Below are positions 8,376 to 17,392 of a stretch of DNA of 20,000 nt, one piece after another (position 1 is the first letter of the stretch; each line of letters starts with the position of its first letter). Position numbers and translations under genes: made by a program. The stretch lies in the sequence record SRR2962707_3801; one strand, given 5' to 3'. The notes beneath the pieces are model-generated. The model saw nothing but the letters and a program-made list of their open reading frames with translations. It was not told the DNA's origin and did no database searches.

Positions 8376-11300
8376 TTATTGGTCTTGATGTTCATCAGTT
8401 TTAGCTTTTTTCGCTTCTTCCCATTTTTTATTTTCTTCTACAATTGAGTGCACATATTCTTCAGATAGAGACTCATCATGCTCGTCCTGAATCATTTTTC
8501 TACCTTCCATCATTTTTCCGAATATGTAGTAGAGACCCGGGATGACCAGTACTCCTATCAATGTTCCAAGTAACATCCCCCCAAGAGCAGATCCACCAAT
8601 GGTTTTGTTACCTACAGCACCTGCCCCATGAGAGAGGACCAATGGTATGAGTCCTGCTATAAAAGCGAATGAGGTCATTAGAATCGGCCTGAAACGTACT
8701 TTTGCTCCTTCTATGGCCGCCTCCAATACAGTAGCACCCTGATGGTGCTTTTGAACGGCAAATTCTACGATGAGAACCGCATTTTTCCCCAATAATCCAA
8801 CCAACATAATGAGCCCAACCTGCGCATATACATCATTGGCAAGGCCCATCATTTTAAGCAATGCAAATGAGCCGAAAATTCCGATAGGTAGGGATAGTAA
8901 TACAGCTAGAGGAAGTAAAAAACTTTCGTATTGTGCTGCTAAGACTAAGTACACAAAAATCAAAACGATGATAAAAATGTAAAGAGCCTCATTCCCTCTT
9001 CTTGATTGGTCATAGGATAGGTCTTCCCATGCAATGTCATACCCGCGTGGGAGCGTATTAGCTGCTACCTCCCTGATTGCCTCAATGGCATCACCAGTCG
9101 TGAAACCTTTTGCAGGAAGTCCGCGAATGGAGGATGAGTTATATAGGTTGTATCGAGTGATTTCATTAGGCCCTTGTCTTTTCACTAACTTCATGAAGGA
9201 AGAATAAGGAACCATTTCACCGTGCTCATTTTTCACAAAAAACTCATCCAGATCAGATGGGTAGCGACGGTATTCAGGCAGTGCCTGAACATAGACTTTG
9301 AAAAATCGACCAAACCGTATGAATCCTTGTTCATAGGTACTACCAATCAGGATATTGAGGTTTTCCATGGCCTTATCGATAGACACTCCTTTTTGCATGG
9401 CTATCTTATTGTCAATGATCATCTCATACTGCGGGTAGTTAGCTGCGAAGAAGGTGAACAACCCGGTCAGCTCTTCTCTTTCACGAAGTGCATCCATGAA
9501 ATTGCTGTTGATACGGTCAAAATCCTGGTAATCGGTTTCATTGGTCTTATCAAGAAGACGAAGAGAGAAACCGCCGGAAGTGCCAAATCCAGGAACTGCT
9601 GGTGGTTCAAAAAACTCAACGATTGCACCAAGATTATGGGTTTTCTCCTCCAGCTCCTCCATAATCTCATGAACCGAATGCTCACGGTCAGACCAATTTT
9701 TCAAGTTAATGAGACAGGTACCAGCATTAGATCCTCGTCCTTCGGTCATAATCTCGTATCCGGCCAGCGCTGATACAGATTCTATTCCTTCGATCTCTTC
9801 AGCGATTTCCTGCAGCTCATGAGAAACCTGATTCGTGCGTTCCAACGTAGCTCCCGGAGGGGTTTGAATGATGGCGTAGATTGTCCCCTGATCTTCGTTC
9901 GGAATAAATCCGGAAGGAAGGGATGTGTTTTCAAAATAAATCCCAATTCCAAATGCAATCAGAATACCCCAGGTAATCATTCGTCGATCAACAATCTTCC
10001 TCAAAATGCTTACATACTTTCCGGTTATTTTTTCAAACCCACTATTGAATGAATTGAGTAATCGATCTAGTATGTTTTTCTTCTTTTGTTTGCCATGGTT
10101 GTTTTTCAGTATCATGGCGCAGAGTACAGGTGTCAGGGTAAGCGCTACCAGGGCTGAAAGTATTATTGAGCTTGCCATGGTAATACCGAACTGACGATAA
10201 AAGGTACCCACCGGACCAGGCATAAATGTGATCGGAAGAAACACAGACGCCATCACCAATGTGATAGCGATGATGGCTCCACCAATTTCACCCATCACTT
10301 CTTTTACTGCATTATATGGAGAAATATTTTTCTGTTCCATTTTAGCATGTACAGCCTCTACAACCACAATAGCATCATCCACCACGATACCAATGGCAAG
10401 CACCAGTGCGAAGAGCGTTATCAGGTTGATGGATAATCCAAATATCTGGAGGACGAAAAAAGCTCCAATCAAGGATACCGGAACTGCCAGAATGGGGATG
10501 AGAGTGGATCTCCAATCACCCAAAAAGATAAATACGACCAGGGCGACAAGAATGAAAGCATCTCGTAGAGTATGAGTTACTTGTTCAATGGAAGCATCCA
10601 AAAAGTTGGAAACATCATAGCTGATTTTATAATCCATCCCCGGAGGGAAGTTTTGCTCCATTTCCAGCAATGTTTCTTTTACTTCAGCGATCACCTCTGA
10701 TGCGTTGCTACCAACCGTCTGCTTCAAGACGATGGAAGCTGCAGGATAGCCATCCAGGTTAGAGTAGATGTCAAAGAATTCGCTTCCCAACTCTACTTCA
10801 GCAATATCACCCAGGTAAATGATTTCCCCTTCTTCATTGGCCTTAACGATAATACTCTCGTATTGCTCGGGCTTGTTAAAGCGATCCTGATAAACCAAAA
10901 CATATTCCAGTGCCTGTGAGTCCTTGCCGTCTGCTCTACCGAGTCTTCCTGGTCTGGCTATCAGGCTTTGCTCCATCATGGCCTCCATAGCCTCTTCTGC
11001 TGATATTTTATATGCGCGCATGCGGTCCGGTTTTAGCCATACCCTCATGGCATATTGCCGGCTTCCCAGAATCTGCGCACGTGCTATCCCTTTGATCCGT
11101 TGGATTTCCGGGACCATGTTCACATTTGCGTAGTTGTAAAGGAATTTCTCATCAGCATCTTTATCCTTGCTATATAAGTTGACATACATCAACATACTGG
11201 GCTGGATAGGAGTGATGATAACTCCTTCTCTCTGAACAAGCGGAGGGAGTAATGGCATTACCTGGTCTACCCGTGTCTTTACTCGGATAACGGCTTCATT

Positions 11301-11603
11301 GGGATCTGTTCCCGGCTCAAAAATGACTCGAATGGTGGCTTCACCAGCACTCGTGGCATCTGAGGAGATGTAGCGCATGTCTTGTACACCATTAATGGAT
11401 TGCTCCAATGGAATTAGTGTGGAGTTCACCAAAACCTCTGCGTTAGAACCCGGATAGGCAATGAATATATTGACCACCGTGGGTGCTATTTGAGGAAATT
11501 GGGAAATCGGAAGTGTCTTGATAGCCAGTGAGCCTGTAAACAATAGCACTATTGATATGACTATAGCCAGTACGGGTCTATGTATTATTCTACTTAGAAA
11601 CAT
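8376..11603 (-). CDS. RND efflux permease, HAE1 (AcrB/MexB-like) family
   Basis: 1075 aa. LPISQFPQIAP start, proton-relay motifs GIVVDDAIVVVE and GKNAVLIVEF, RFRPILMTSFAF and LVLAAQYES. Confidence 0.96.
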   Translation of the reverse strand: MFLSRIIHRPVLAIVISIVLLFTGSLAIKTLPISQFPQIAPTVVNIFIAYPGSNAEVLVNSTLIPLEQSINGVQDMRYISSDATSAGEATIRVIFEPGTDPNEAVIRVKTRVDQVMPLLPPLVQREGVIITPIQPSMLMYVNLYSKDKDADEKFLYNYANVNMVPEIQRIKGIARAQILGSRQYAMRVWLKPDRMRAYKISAEEAMEAMMEQSLIARPGRLGRADGKDSQALEYVLVYQDRFNKPEQYESIIVKANEEGEIIYLGDIAEVELGSEFFDIYSNLDGYPAASIVLKQTVGSNASEVIAEVKETLLEMEQNFPPGMDYKISYDVSNFLDASIEQVTHTLRDAFILVALVVFIFLGDWRSTLIPILAVPVSLIGAFFVLQIFGLSINLITLFALVLAIGIVVDDAIVVVEAVHAKMEQKNISPYNAVKEVMGEIGGAIIAITLVMASVFLPITFMPGPVGTFYRQFGITMASSIILSALVALTLTPVLCAMILKNNHGKQKKKNILDRLLNSFNSGFEKITGKYVSILRKIVDRRMITWGILIAFGIGIYFENTSLPSGFIPNEDQGTIYAIIQTPPGATLERTNQVSHELQEIAEEIEGIESVSALAGYEIMTEGRGSNAGTCLINLKNWSDREHSVHEIMEELEEKTHNLGAIVEFFEPPAVPGFGTSGGFSLRLLDKTNETDYQDFDRINSNFMDALREREELTGLFTFFAANYPQYEMIIDNKIAMQKGVSIDKAMENLNILIGSTYEQGFIRFGRFFKVYVQALPEYRRYPSDLDEFFVKNEHGEMVPYSSFMKLVKRQGPNEITRYNLYNSSSIRGLPAKGFTTGDAIEAIREVAANTLPRGYDIAWEDLSYDQSRRGNEALYIFIIVLIFVYLVLAAQYESFLLPLAVLLSLPIGIFGSFALLKMMGLANDVYAQVGLIMLVGLLGKNAVLIVEFAVQKHHQGATVLEAAIEGAKVRFRPILMTSFAFIAGLIPLVLSHGAGAVGNKTIGGSALGGMLLGTLIGVLVIPGLYYIFGKMMEGRKMIQDEHDESLSEEYVHSIVEENKKWEEAKKAKTDEHQDQ

Positions 11604-11626
11604 TGTAATACTCGTTTAGATGGTGA

Positions 11627-12712
11627 TTACTCAGCGTGGAGGTCCAGTTTACTTATGACATCCTCCGGTTTTTGAAAGTCGATGGTGATTTTCTCTCCAT
11701 CTCTCACTTTTCGTAAACCTTCAAGTAGCACATTGTCCGTTTCTTTCAAACCGGATTTGACTTCATATAGGTGTGGAAGCTCAGCTCCGACTGTAATGTG
11801 TCTGGAGCGAACGATATTATCTTCATCAACCACAAAAACATACTTTTGATCAAGAATCTCAAAAGTGGCTTTTTGAGGTATTAATAAGACATTTTTTAAT
11901 GGTCTTTTGACAAGGATATTCCCCGTTTCACCATGTCTTAATAGTCCTTTAGGATTAGGGAAAGTAGCTCTAAATGCAATATTTCCGGTTTCATTATTGA
12001 AGTCTGCTTCGATGGTCGTGACCATGCCATGGTATTCGAACATCTTGTTGTTCGCTAACTTCAATTGTACTTCCATGATACTGTCGCCTCTAACCTTGCT
12101 TTTGTAATCCAGGTATTCTGCTTCAGGTACATTAAAGTACACCCACATTTCATGATTGTCTGAAAGTGTGGTTAATAGCTCGCCTTCCTCAACAAGGCTT
12201 CCTTCTCTTACATGGAAGTGATCCATAATGCCATCAAATGGAGCTCTTACCCTTGTGAAATCAAGGTGGACCTGAGCCAGAGCAAGCTCAGCATTGGCCT
12301 TATCCAGCTTTGCTTTGGAAAGCGCCAGTTCATTTGGAGCCACCACATTTTGATCGGCTAGTTTTTTGGTGTTCTGGTATTCAATTTCTGCGAATTTTGC
12401 CTCGGCCTCAGCTCGTTCTAACTCAGCCTGATAGAGTCGAGGCATGATCTGAAACATTAACTGACCTTTCTTCACAAATTGGCCCTCATCAACGTAAATT
12501 TTTTCCAGATATCCTTTTTCCAGCGCACGCAATTCGATATGCCTGGAGGAATGAATTTGAGATACGTAAACGCGTGTTGTTAATGTATCCTTTCTGATTG
12601 GATTGGTAACAGGTAATTCTTTTAGAGCTTCCTGATGCTCTTTATGTGTTCCGCAGCTTACTACAATGCTCATTAGCAGAGTAAAGCCACCGATGACTAA
12701 AATATTTTTCAT
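11627..12712 (-). CDS. RND periplasmic adaptor (membrane fusion protein), lipoprotein
   Basis: Lipobox VVSC, lipoyl-like half motifs (VDEGQFVKKGQLMF, VRAPFDG) flanking an alpha-hairpin, and FRATFPNP. Confidence 0.95.
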   Translation of the reverse strand: MKNILVIGGFTLLMSIVVSCGTHKEHQEALKELPVTNPIRKDTLTTRVYVSQIHSSRHIELRALEKGYLEKIYVDEGQFVKKGQLMFQIMPRLYQAELERAEAEAKFAEIEYQNTKKLADQNVVAPNELALSKAKLDKANAELALAQVHLDFTRVRAPFDGIMDHFHVREGSLVEEGELLTTLSDNHEMWVYFNVPEAEYLDYKSKVRGDSIMEVQLKLANNKMFEYHGMVTTIEADFNNETGNIAFRATFPNPKGLLRHGETGNILVKRPLKNVLLIPQKATFEILDQKYVFVVDEDNIVRSRHITVGAELPHLYEVKSGLKETDNVLLEGLRKVRDGEKITIDFQKPEDVISKLDLHAE

Positions 12713-12819
12713 TTTTCTGATGTCGATTGAATAAAATGGGTCTATTCCTTCAGGAAAGACATTTAGTAGACTACTAAGAAATCAATAGTGTAGGAGAGGC
12801 CAGTAGGCCTAAAGAAAGT

Positions 12820-13134
12820 CTAGCAGTCTAACTTTAATCGACTATAGAGGATATATAGCTTGGAGGAAGCACCTTCGGTTGGACAAAAAGAGCTCGATCC
12901 TGTTTTTTGAAAGCCACCATTGATGGAGGGGGTGATGTCTGCTACTTCACTGGCAAAATCATCGTCCCATTCTTCCAGACCCTTTTTGCCTTCCTTTTCT
13001 CCTTTTTCTGAATCTGATTCAGTTCGAAGTTCAATAGGATCGTTCTGGTCTTCAATCAAATGGCTCCAAATAGAAGCCGTAGTGGTGAAGATCAGGATGC
13101 AGGCAAAAGCAATATGTAATATTTTGCGTAGCAA
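12820..13134 (-). CDS. Small exported/membrane-anchored protein upstream of the RND operon (possible leader peptide)
   Basis: From TTG 13134: MLRKILHIAFACILIFTTTASIWSH (signal-like), an acidic/charged linker, and C-terminus SSKLYILYSRLKLDC; 104 aa. Start chosen because it lies just downstream of a -7-like motif. Confidence 0.65.
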   Translation of the reverse strand: MLRKILHIAFACILIFTTTASIWSHLIEDQNDPIELRTESDSEKGEKEGKKGLEEWDDDFASEVADITPSINGGFQKTGSSSFCPTEGASSKLYILYSRLKLDC

Positions 13135-13157
13135 GATCAGGATACTCTTTAACGGAT

Positions 13158-13165
13158 CGAAATTA
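13158..13165 (-). promoter_or_regulatory. Putative Bacteroidota sigma70 -7 element (TAATTTCG) for the leader/RND operon
   Basis: One mismatch to the TAnnTTTG consensus, 23 nt upstream of TTG 13134. Confidence 0.45.
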
Positions 13166-13238
13166 ACCATGAACGAGCTTATCTTATGGGTAGAAGCTGT
13201 TTTTTTTACCAAACCGATAAAAACATAGATGAATCAAC

Positions 13239-14573
13239 TTAATTCTCTATTGATTTCAGCATTCTTTTCCAGATTTCTTCCAGCCAGTCTTCATGCTCAG
13301 GTTTCATCAGGGAAGAGCGAAGGCACACTAAATAGTCAGAATCGATTTCAAAATCAGGTTTTGAAAATTTTGAAGTAGGATATTTATAGAGTGACAAGTA
13401 AAGGTGATTTTTTTCAGCTTCTTTAAAAAAATCCTTTGCTGCTTCGGACATCTCGTTTGTTGTTTCTCCTTTCACACACCAGACCACAATGTCTGTTTCC
13501 GGTTTGACAATAGGGTGGAAATAGTCACTTGATTTAAGTTTTTCATAAAGCTTCAATGCGGCGTTTCTCGACTTCTCCAAGTCTGCGGCAAACCGACCTC
13601 CTTTTACCGGAGGCAATAATCGATGTGTTGCCCAAAGTCCAACTGCGGAAGCACCGGCCCGGGAACACTCCAGGCTAATTTCGCCGAGGTGCAAGTCATC
13701 GGAAGTGAAATAGGTATATGGTGAATCGTGAATGTAGAATTTAGCCACCTCCGGATCTTTGAAAAGTACACATCCACATCCATACGGCTGAAGGCCCTGC
13801 TTATGCGGGTCAATGACAATGCTGTCGACCTGATTTATCATTGAATACTTCTTTTCAGTCCCCTCTTCCAGATTGTTTAATAATTTAAAATATCCACCAT
13901 AAGCCGCATCGGCATGAATTCTAAAACCGTACTTCTTTTGTTGTTTCAGAACTTCATCCAGTGGATCTACAGCCCCTAAACCAGTTGTTCCCATGGTACA
14001 GACCACTGTTCCTACATTACCGCTTTCAAGTTTCTCTTCCAGCGCTCTTACATTAATTCGTCCCTGTTCATCGGTGGCTACCTTATCAAATTTCAACTTG
14101 AGCACTTCAGAAATCCGCTCATGTGTGTAATGTGCCTGATCGGAAGCAATGATTTTTTTGTCAGGATGTATCTTTCCTGCTACCCATAGCGCTTCAAGGT
14201 TAGCCATGGTGCCACCACCGGTTAAATGTCCCAGGTGTTCGTTCCAGCCAAACATTTGTGCTAATTCACCAACCACTTCCTTTTCCATCGGCGAACTGGC
14301 CTTGCTACCATCCATTGCGTGGTTGTTTGGATTGATCCACATGGCTAACATATAGGCAGCCTTTGCTATCGGATGAGGTGGCTTTAGCATTTGTCCTGCA
14401 AAAAGCGGATGAAAGTAGGGATAGTTGTCCCGCATCTTCTCAGCCGTTCGCATGATCACTTCTTCCATTTTTTGGAAGTCTGCCGACGAGTTAAAATCAG
14501 GCAGGTCGAAACCTGATTCAAGTTTCCGCAGTGCTTTTTCCAGCAGTTGTATTGATTCTCGCTCTAATTTCAT
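13239..14573 (-). CDS. Group II PLP-dependent amino-acid decarboxylase
   Basis: HPLFAGQM, GGTMANL, GTTGLGAVDP, IHADAAYGG and PLP-lysine motif DPHK. ATG 14573 overlaps the nitroreductase TGA (ATGA). Confidence 0.9.
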   Translation of the reverse strand: MKLERESIQLLEKALRKLESGFDLPDFNSSADFQKMEEVIMRTAEKMRDNYPYFHPLFAGQMLKPPHPIAKAAYMLAMWINPNNHAMDGSKASSPMEKEVVGELAQMFGWNEHLGHLTGGGTMANLEALWVAGKIHPDKKIIASDQAHYTHERISEVLKLKFDKVATDEQGRINVRALEEKLESGNVGTVVCTMGTTGLGAVDPLDEVLKQQKKYGFRIHADAAYGGYFKLLNNLEEGTEKKYSMINQVDSIVIDPHKQGLQPYGCGCVLFKDPEVAKFYIHDSPYTYFTSDDLHLGEISLECSRAGASAVGLWATHRLLPPVKGGRFAADLEKSRNAALKLYEKLKSSDYFHPIVKPETDIVVWCVKGETTNEMSEAAKDFFKEAEKNHLYLSLYKYPTSKFSKPDFEIDSDYLVCLRSSLMKPEHEDWLEEIWKRMLKSIEN

Positions 14574-15133
14574 TGCTCCATCCATTCTACTTTATCCTCA
14601 ATGGGTTTCTTTTCTATGATTCGGTCAGAAGGTTCGCAGTATCCCAGGTAAAAAAAGCCAATACAGGTCTCATTCTCTTTCATATTTACATGGTCACCAA
14701 GGAATTTACACAGTTCAGGACTACTCCAATATCCGCCAAGATTATATTGATCTAAAGCCAACCAGATATTTTGTACCGCACATGCCACGGATGCAACCTC
14801 TTCCCACTCAGGCACACGCTCTTTTGGGTCACGGTGAAGAATGATTGCCAGAATAGCTCCTGCCTGAATCGGCTTGGTTTGGATTTTTTTTAGTTTCGAT
14901 GGATCTGCATCTGGAGTAATTTTCTGGTATTTCTTACCAAGAAACTCACCGAGTCTCTTTTTTGCTTCCCCGGTAAAAACCTTGAAGCGCCACGGTTCCG
15001 TAAGTCTATGTGTAGGCGCATGATTGGCATTGAGTAAGAGTTCTTGAAGGATTTCTTTTGGGATGGGCTTATCAATATATTGCAGAGGATAGACCGATCG
15101 GCGCTTGCGAATGATTTCATTTATTGTACTCAC
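14570..15133 (-). CDS. Nitroreductase-family flavoprotein (YdjA-like)
   Basis: IRKRRSV, ANHAPTHRLTEPWRF and CAVQNIWLAL...GGYWSS motifs; GTG start. Confidence 0.92.
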   Translation of the reverse strand: MSTINEIIRKRRSVYPLQYIDKPIPKEILQELLLNANHAPTHRLTEPWRFKVFTGEAKKRLGEFLGKKYQKITPDADPSKLKKIQTKPIQAGAILAIILHRDPKERVPEWEEVASVACAVQNIWLALDQYNLGGYWSSPELCKFLGDHVNMKENETCIGFFYLGYCEPSDRIIEKKPIEDKVEWMEQ

Positions 15134-15149
15134 TATTGATCCTTATTAA

Positions 15150-16013
15150 ATGACTAAATCTAAAAACATCCTCATAACTGGTGTTTCCACCGGAATTGGA
15201 TATGATCTGGCAAAGATATTTGTTGAAAAAGGTTATACCGTATATGGGAGTATAAGAAAACAATCAGATGCCGATCGTTTGCGTGCAGAGATTGGAGAAG
15301 CATTTCATCCATTAATTTTTGATGTGACGGATTTTGCTGCTGTGGAGAAAGCAGCAGCATGGCTGAAAAAGGAAATCGGTCATGAGGGTCTTGGAGCTTT
15401 GATAAACAATGCAGGGATCGCGATAGGCGGGCCATTAATGGATTTAAAGGTAGATGATTATAGACATCAATTTGAAGTCAATGTATTTGGCTTGATCAAA
15501 GTCACTCAGGCTTTTCTCCCACTATTGGGAGCAGATGAAAATCCACCTTCAGATCCCGGGAGAATCATCCAAATTTCTTCTGTGGCTGGAAGACACGGAA
15601 TGCCATTTATGTCTCCTTATTCCGGGTCCAAACATGCTTTGGAAGGGATTACCGAAAGTCTGAGAAAAGAACTATTACTCTTTGGAATCGATGTGACTCT
15701 TATTGAGCCCGGACCAATCAAAACACCTATTTGGGAAAAAGGTGCTTCGCAAGCAGAAGAGGAGAGGTTCAGTAAATCGATTTTTTATCCAGCATTGAAG
15801 AAGTTTCAGGACGTCTTTGTGACGAAAGCTGTGAATGGCGCCCTAACAAGTGAAAAAGCGGCTAAATCTATTTTTAAAGCCTTTCAGGCCAAACGACCAA
15901 AGGTCAGATACGTATTGATGGCAGGTAAATTCAAAAATTGGACACTGCCTCGAATGATGCCTACTCGTGTCGTGGATAGATTTATCGGAAAAGCATTGGG
16001 CCTTTTGAGTTAG
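15150..16013 (+). CDS. Short-chain dehydrogenase/reductase (classical SDR)
   Basis: TGVSTGIG Rossmann motif, LINNAGI, catalytic S plus YSGSK, and IEPGPIKT. Confidence 0.95.
   Translation: MTKSKNILITGVSTGIGYDLAKIFVEKGYTVYGSIRKQSDADRLRAEIGEAFHPLIFDVTDFAAVEKAAAWLKKEIGHEGLGALINNAGIAIGGPLMDLKVDDYRHQFEVNVFGLIKVTQAFLPLLGADENPPSDPGRIIQISSVAGRHGMPFMSPYSGSKHALEGITESLRKELLLFGIDVTLIEPGPIKTPIWEKGASQAEEERFSKSIFYPALKKFQDVFVTKAVNGALTSEKAAKSIFKAFQAKRPKVRYVLMAGKFKNWTLPRMMPTRVVDRFIGKALGLLS
15211..15218 (-). promoter_or_regulatory. Candidate -7 element (TATCTTTG) for the nitroreductase-decarboxylase operon, located inside the SDR gene
   Basis: Exact TAnnTTTG match on the minus strand 77 nt upstream of GTG 15133. 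The intergenic gap is too short to hold a promoter. Confidence 0.45.
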
Positions 16014-16043
16014 GTTTTTGAGAAAACGACTTAGCTTTAGATT

Positions 16044-16928
16044 ATGAAATTTGGAAGCGTAGATAATCCTGAGGAAATAGATTTCAGCCTACCGGATGAT
16101 CATCATGATACAGAGAAGGTTCTAGCTAAAGGCAAAGGTCTTCAAAGTGTTTTTGTTGGCTGTGCCAAGTGGAATCGTCAGGATTTGAAAAAGTTTTACC
16201 CCCGAGGGACCAAGGATGAGTTGGAATACTATTCCACTCAATTCAACTCGATCGAGCTTAATGCGACTTTCTACAACCATTTTCGAATTGAGCAGATTGA
16301 AAAGTGGGTGGAAAAAACTCCGGATGATTTTAAGTTCTTCCCCAAGGTTCATCAGATGGTCAGTCACATCAAGAGGCTCAATAACGTGGAGGAGCCGATC
16401 GAGCGTTATACGACCAATATTAGAGCTTTCGGTGATAAACTGGGGATGTGTTTTCTACAACTGCATGACAACTTCAAGCCAAAAAATATGGATCGCCTAA
16501 TCACGGCAGTAGAGTACTGGCCGAAGGATATCCCATTGGCGATAGAGCTTAGAAACACCGAATGGTTCAATGATGCAGAAGTGGCTAATGAAGTATATGC
16601 CCTCTTTGAAAAGCACAACATCTCAAACATTGTGACCGATACCGCAGGTCGAAGGGATTTGCTACACATGCGACTGACATCACCAGATGTTTTTGTGAGG
16701 TATGTAGGTGCCAACCATGAGAGTGACTATTCGAGATTAGATGTATGGATGGATCGAATAAAAAAGTGGTTTGACCAGGGGATGGAGAATCTTTATTTCT
16801 TCGTTCATCAAAATCTGGAAAAGGAGTCACCAGTGTTGTCTGCTTACCTAATTCAAAAAATCAATAAAGAATTTGGATTGGATCTCACCGTTCCGGTAGG
16901 GCAGGATCAGAAGAGCTTGTTTGAATAA
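16044..16928 (+). CDS. DUF72 domain-containing protein (YecE-like TIM barrel)
   Basis: VGCAKW, YYSTQFNSIELNATFY, FKFFPKV, LAIELRNTEWF and LYFFVHQ motifs. Confidence 0.92.
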   Translation: MKFGSVDNPEEIDFSLPDDHHDTEKVLAKGKGLQSVFVGCAKWNRQDLKKFYPRGTKDELEYYSTQFNSIELNATFYNHFRIEQIEKWVEKTPDDFKFFPKVHQMVSHIKRLNNVEEPIERYTTNIRAFGDKLGMCFLQLHDNFKPKNMDRLITAVEYWPKDIPLAIELRNTEWFNDAEVANEVYALFEKHNISNIVTDTAGRRDLLHMRLTSPDVFVRYVGANHESDYSRLDVWMDRIKKWFDQGMENLYFFVHQNLEKESPVLSAYLIQKINKEFGLDLTVPVGQDQKSLFE

Positions 16929-16981
16929 AGATAAAATACCGGAATAAATCCGGGATAACTCTTGACTTCAAAGATGGCAAA

Positions 16982-17374
16982 TCATCGACCGCCTCCTCGA
17001 CGCTCTTGTCTTTTTTTACGCATATCCATACGTTTTTGCTTATTCTCCTCCTGAATAACTTTCAATTCTGCAAACTGGTCTTCCGTTAAAATTTCAGCAA
17101 CCTTAGCTTCCCTTTTATCAATTAGATCAGCGTGTGCTCTCATTTTGTCACTGCGAGATTTCGATTCGTCTTTTCTTAAAGCCTCGAATTCTGGCTTCAT
17201 TTCCTCTCTTACTTTCTTCAGTTCATCTACCTGATCATCTGTTAGGTTTAATCGTTCTTTGTATTCTTCAATTTTAAGCTCACCCTTTTCTCGCATCATC
17301 TCTTTTTTACCCTGGGCAAAAAGGATATTTGCTGCGACGATCAATCCAATAATTAATGCAAATTTTTTCATCAT
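16982..17374 (-). CDS. Small periplasmic helical protein, Spy/CpxP (LTXXQ)-like
   Basis: Signal peptide ending FA-Q, two motifs LNLTDDQ and ILTEDQ, and a Met/Lys/Arg/Glu-rich helical composition. Confidence 0.75.
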   Translation of the reverse strand: MMKKFALIIGLIVAANILFAQGKKEMMREKGELKIEEYKERLNLTDDQVDELKKVREEMKPEFEALRKDESKSRSDKMRAHADLIDKREAKVAEILTEDQFAELKVIQEENKQKRMDMRKKRQERRGGGR

Positions 17375-17392
17375 CTAAAGTTTTGTTTGTTC

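Noticed and set aside
8376..11603. RND as a heavy-metal (CzcA/CusA) pump
   Set aside because: The motifs (IVVDDAIVVVE, LAAQYES, GKNAVLIVEF) are HAE1-type rather than the HME-type DFG..VD signature.
8770..12107. Multiple short ORFs within the RND and MFP genes, including the 183-aa 9222..9773 (+)
   Set aside because: They lie fully inside well-supported CDSs and have no recognisable motifs; typical shadow ORFs.
13135..13212. Longer N-terminus of the leader ORF (TTG 13212 or ATG 13170)
   Set aside because: It would bury the signal-like segment and overlap the putative -7 element. TTG 13134 is preferred but unproven.
12920..13228. 102-aa plus-strand ORF antisense to the leader
   Set aside because: It has a Ser-rich mirror composition and no motifs; the minus-strand ORF fits the operon direction and has a signal-like N-terminus.
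16939..16953. CCGGA-ATAAA-TCCGG inverted repeat between convergent DUF72 and Spy-like genes
   Set aside because: The 5-bp stem lacks a convincing adjacent U-tract; too weak to call a terminator.
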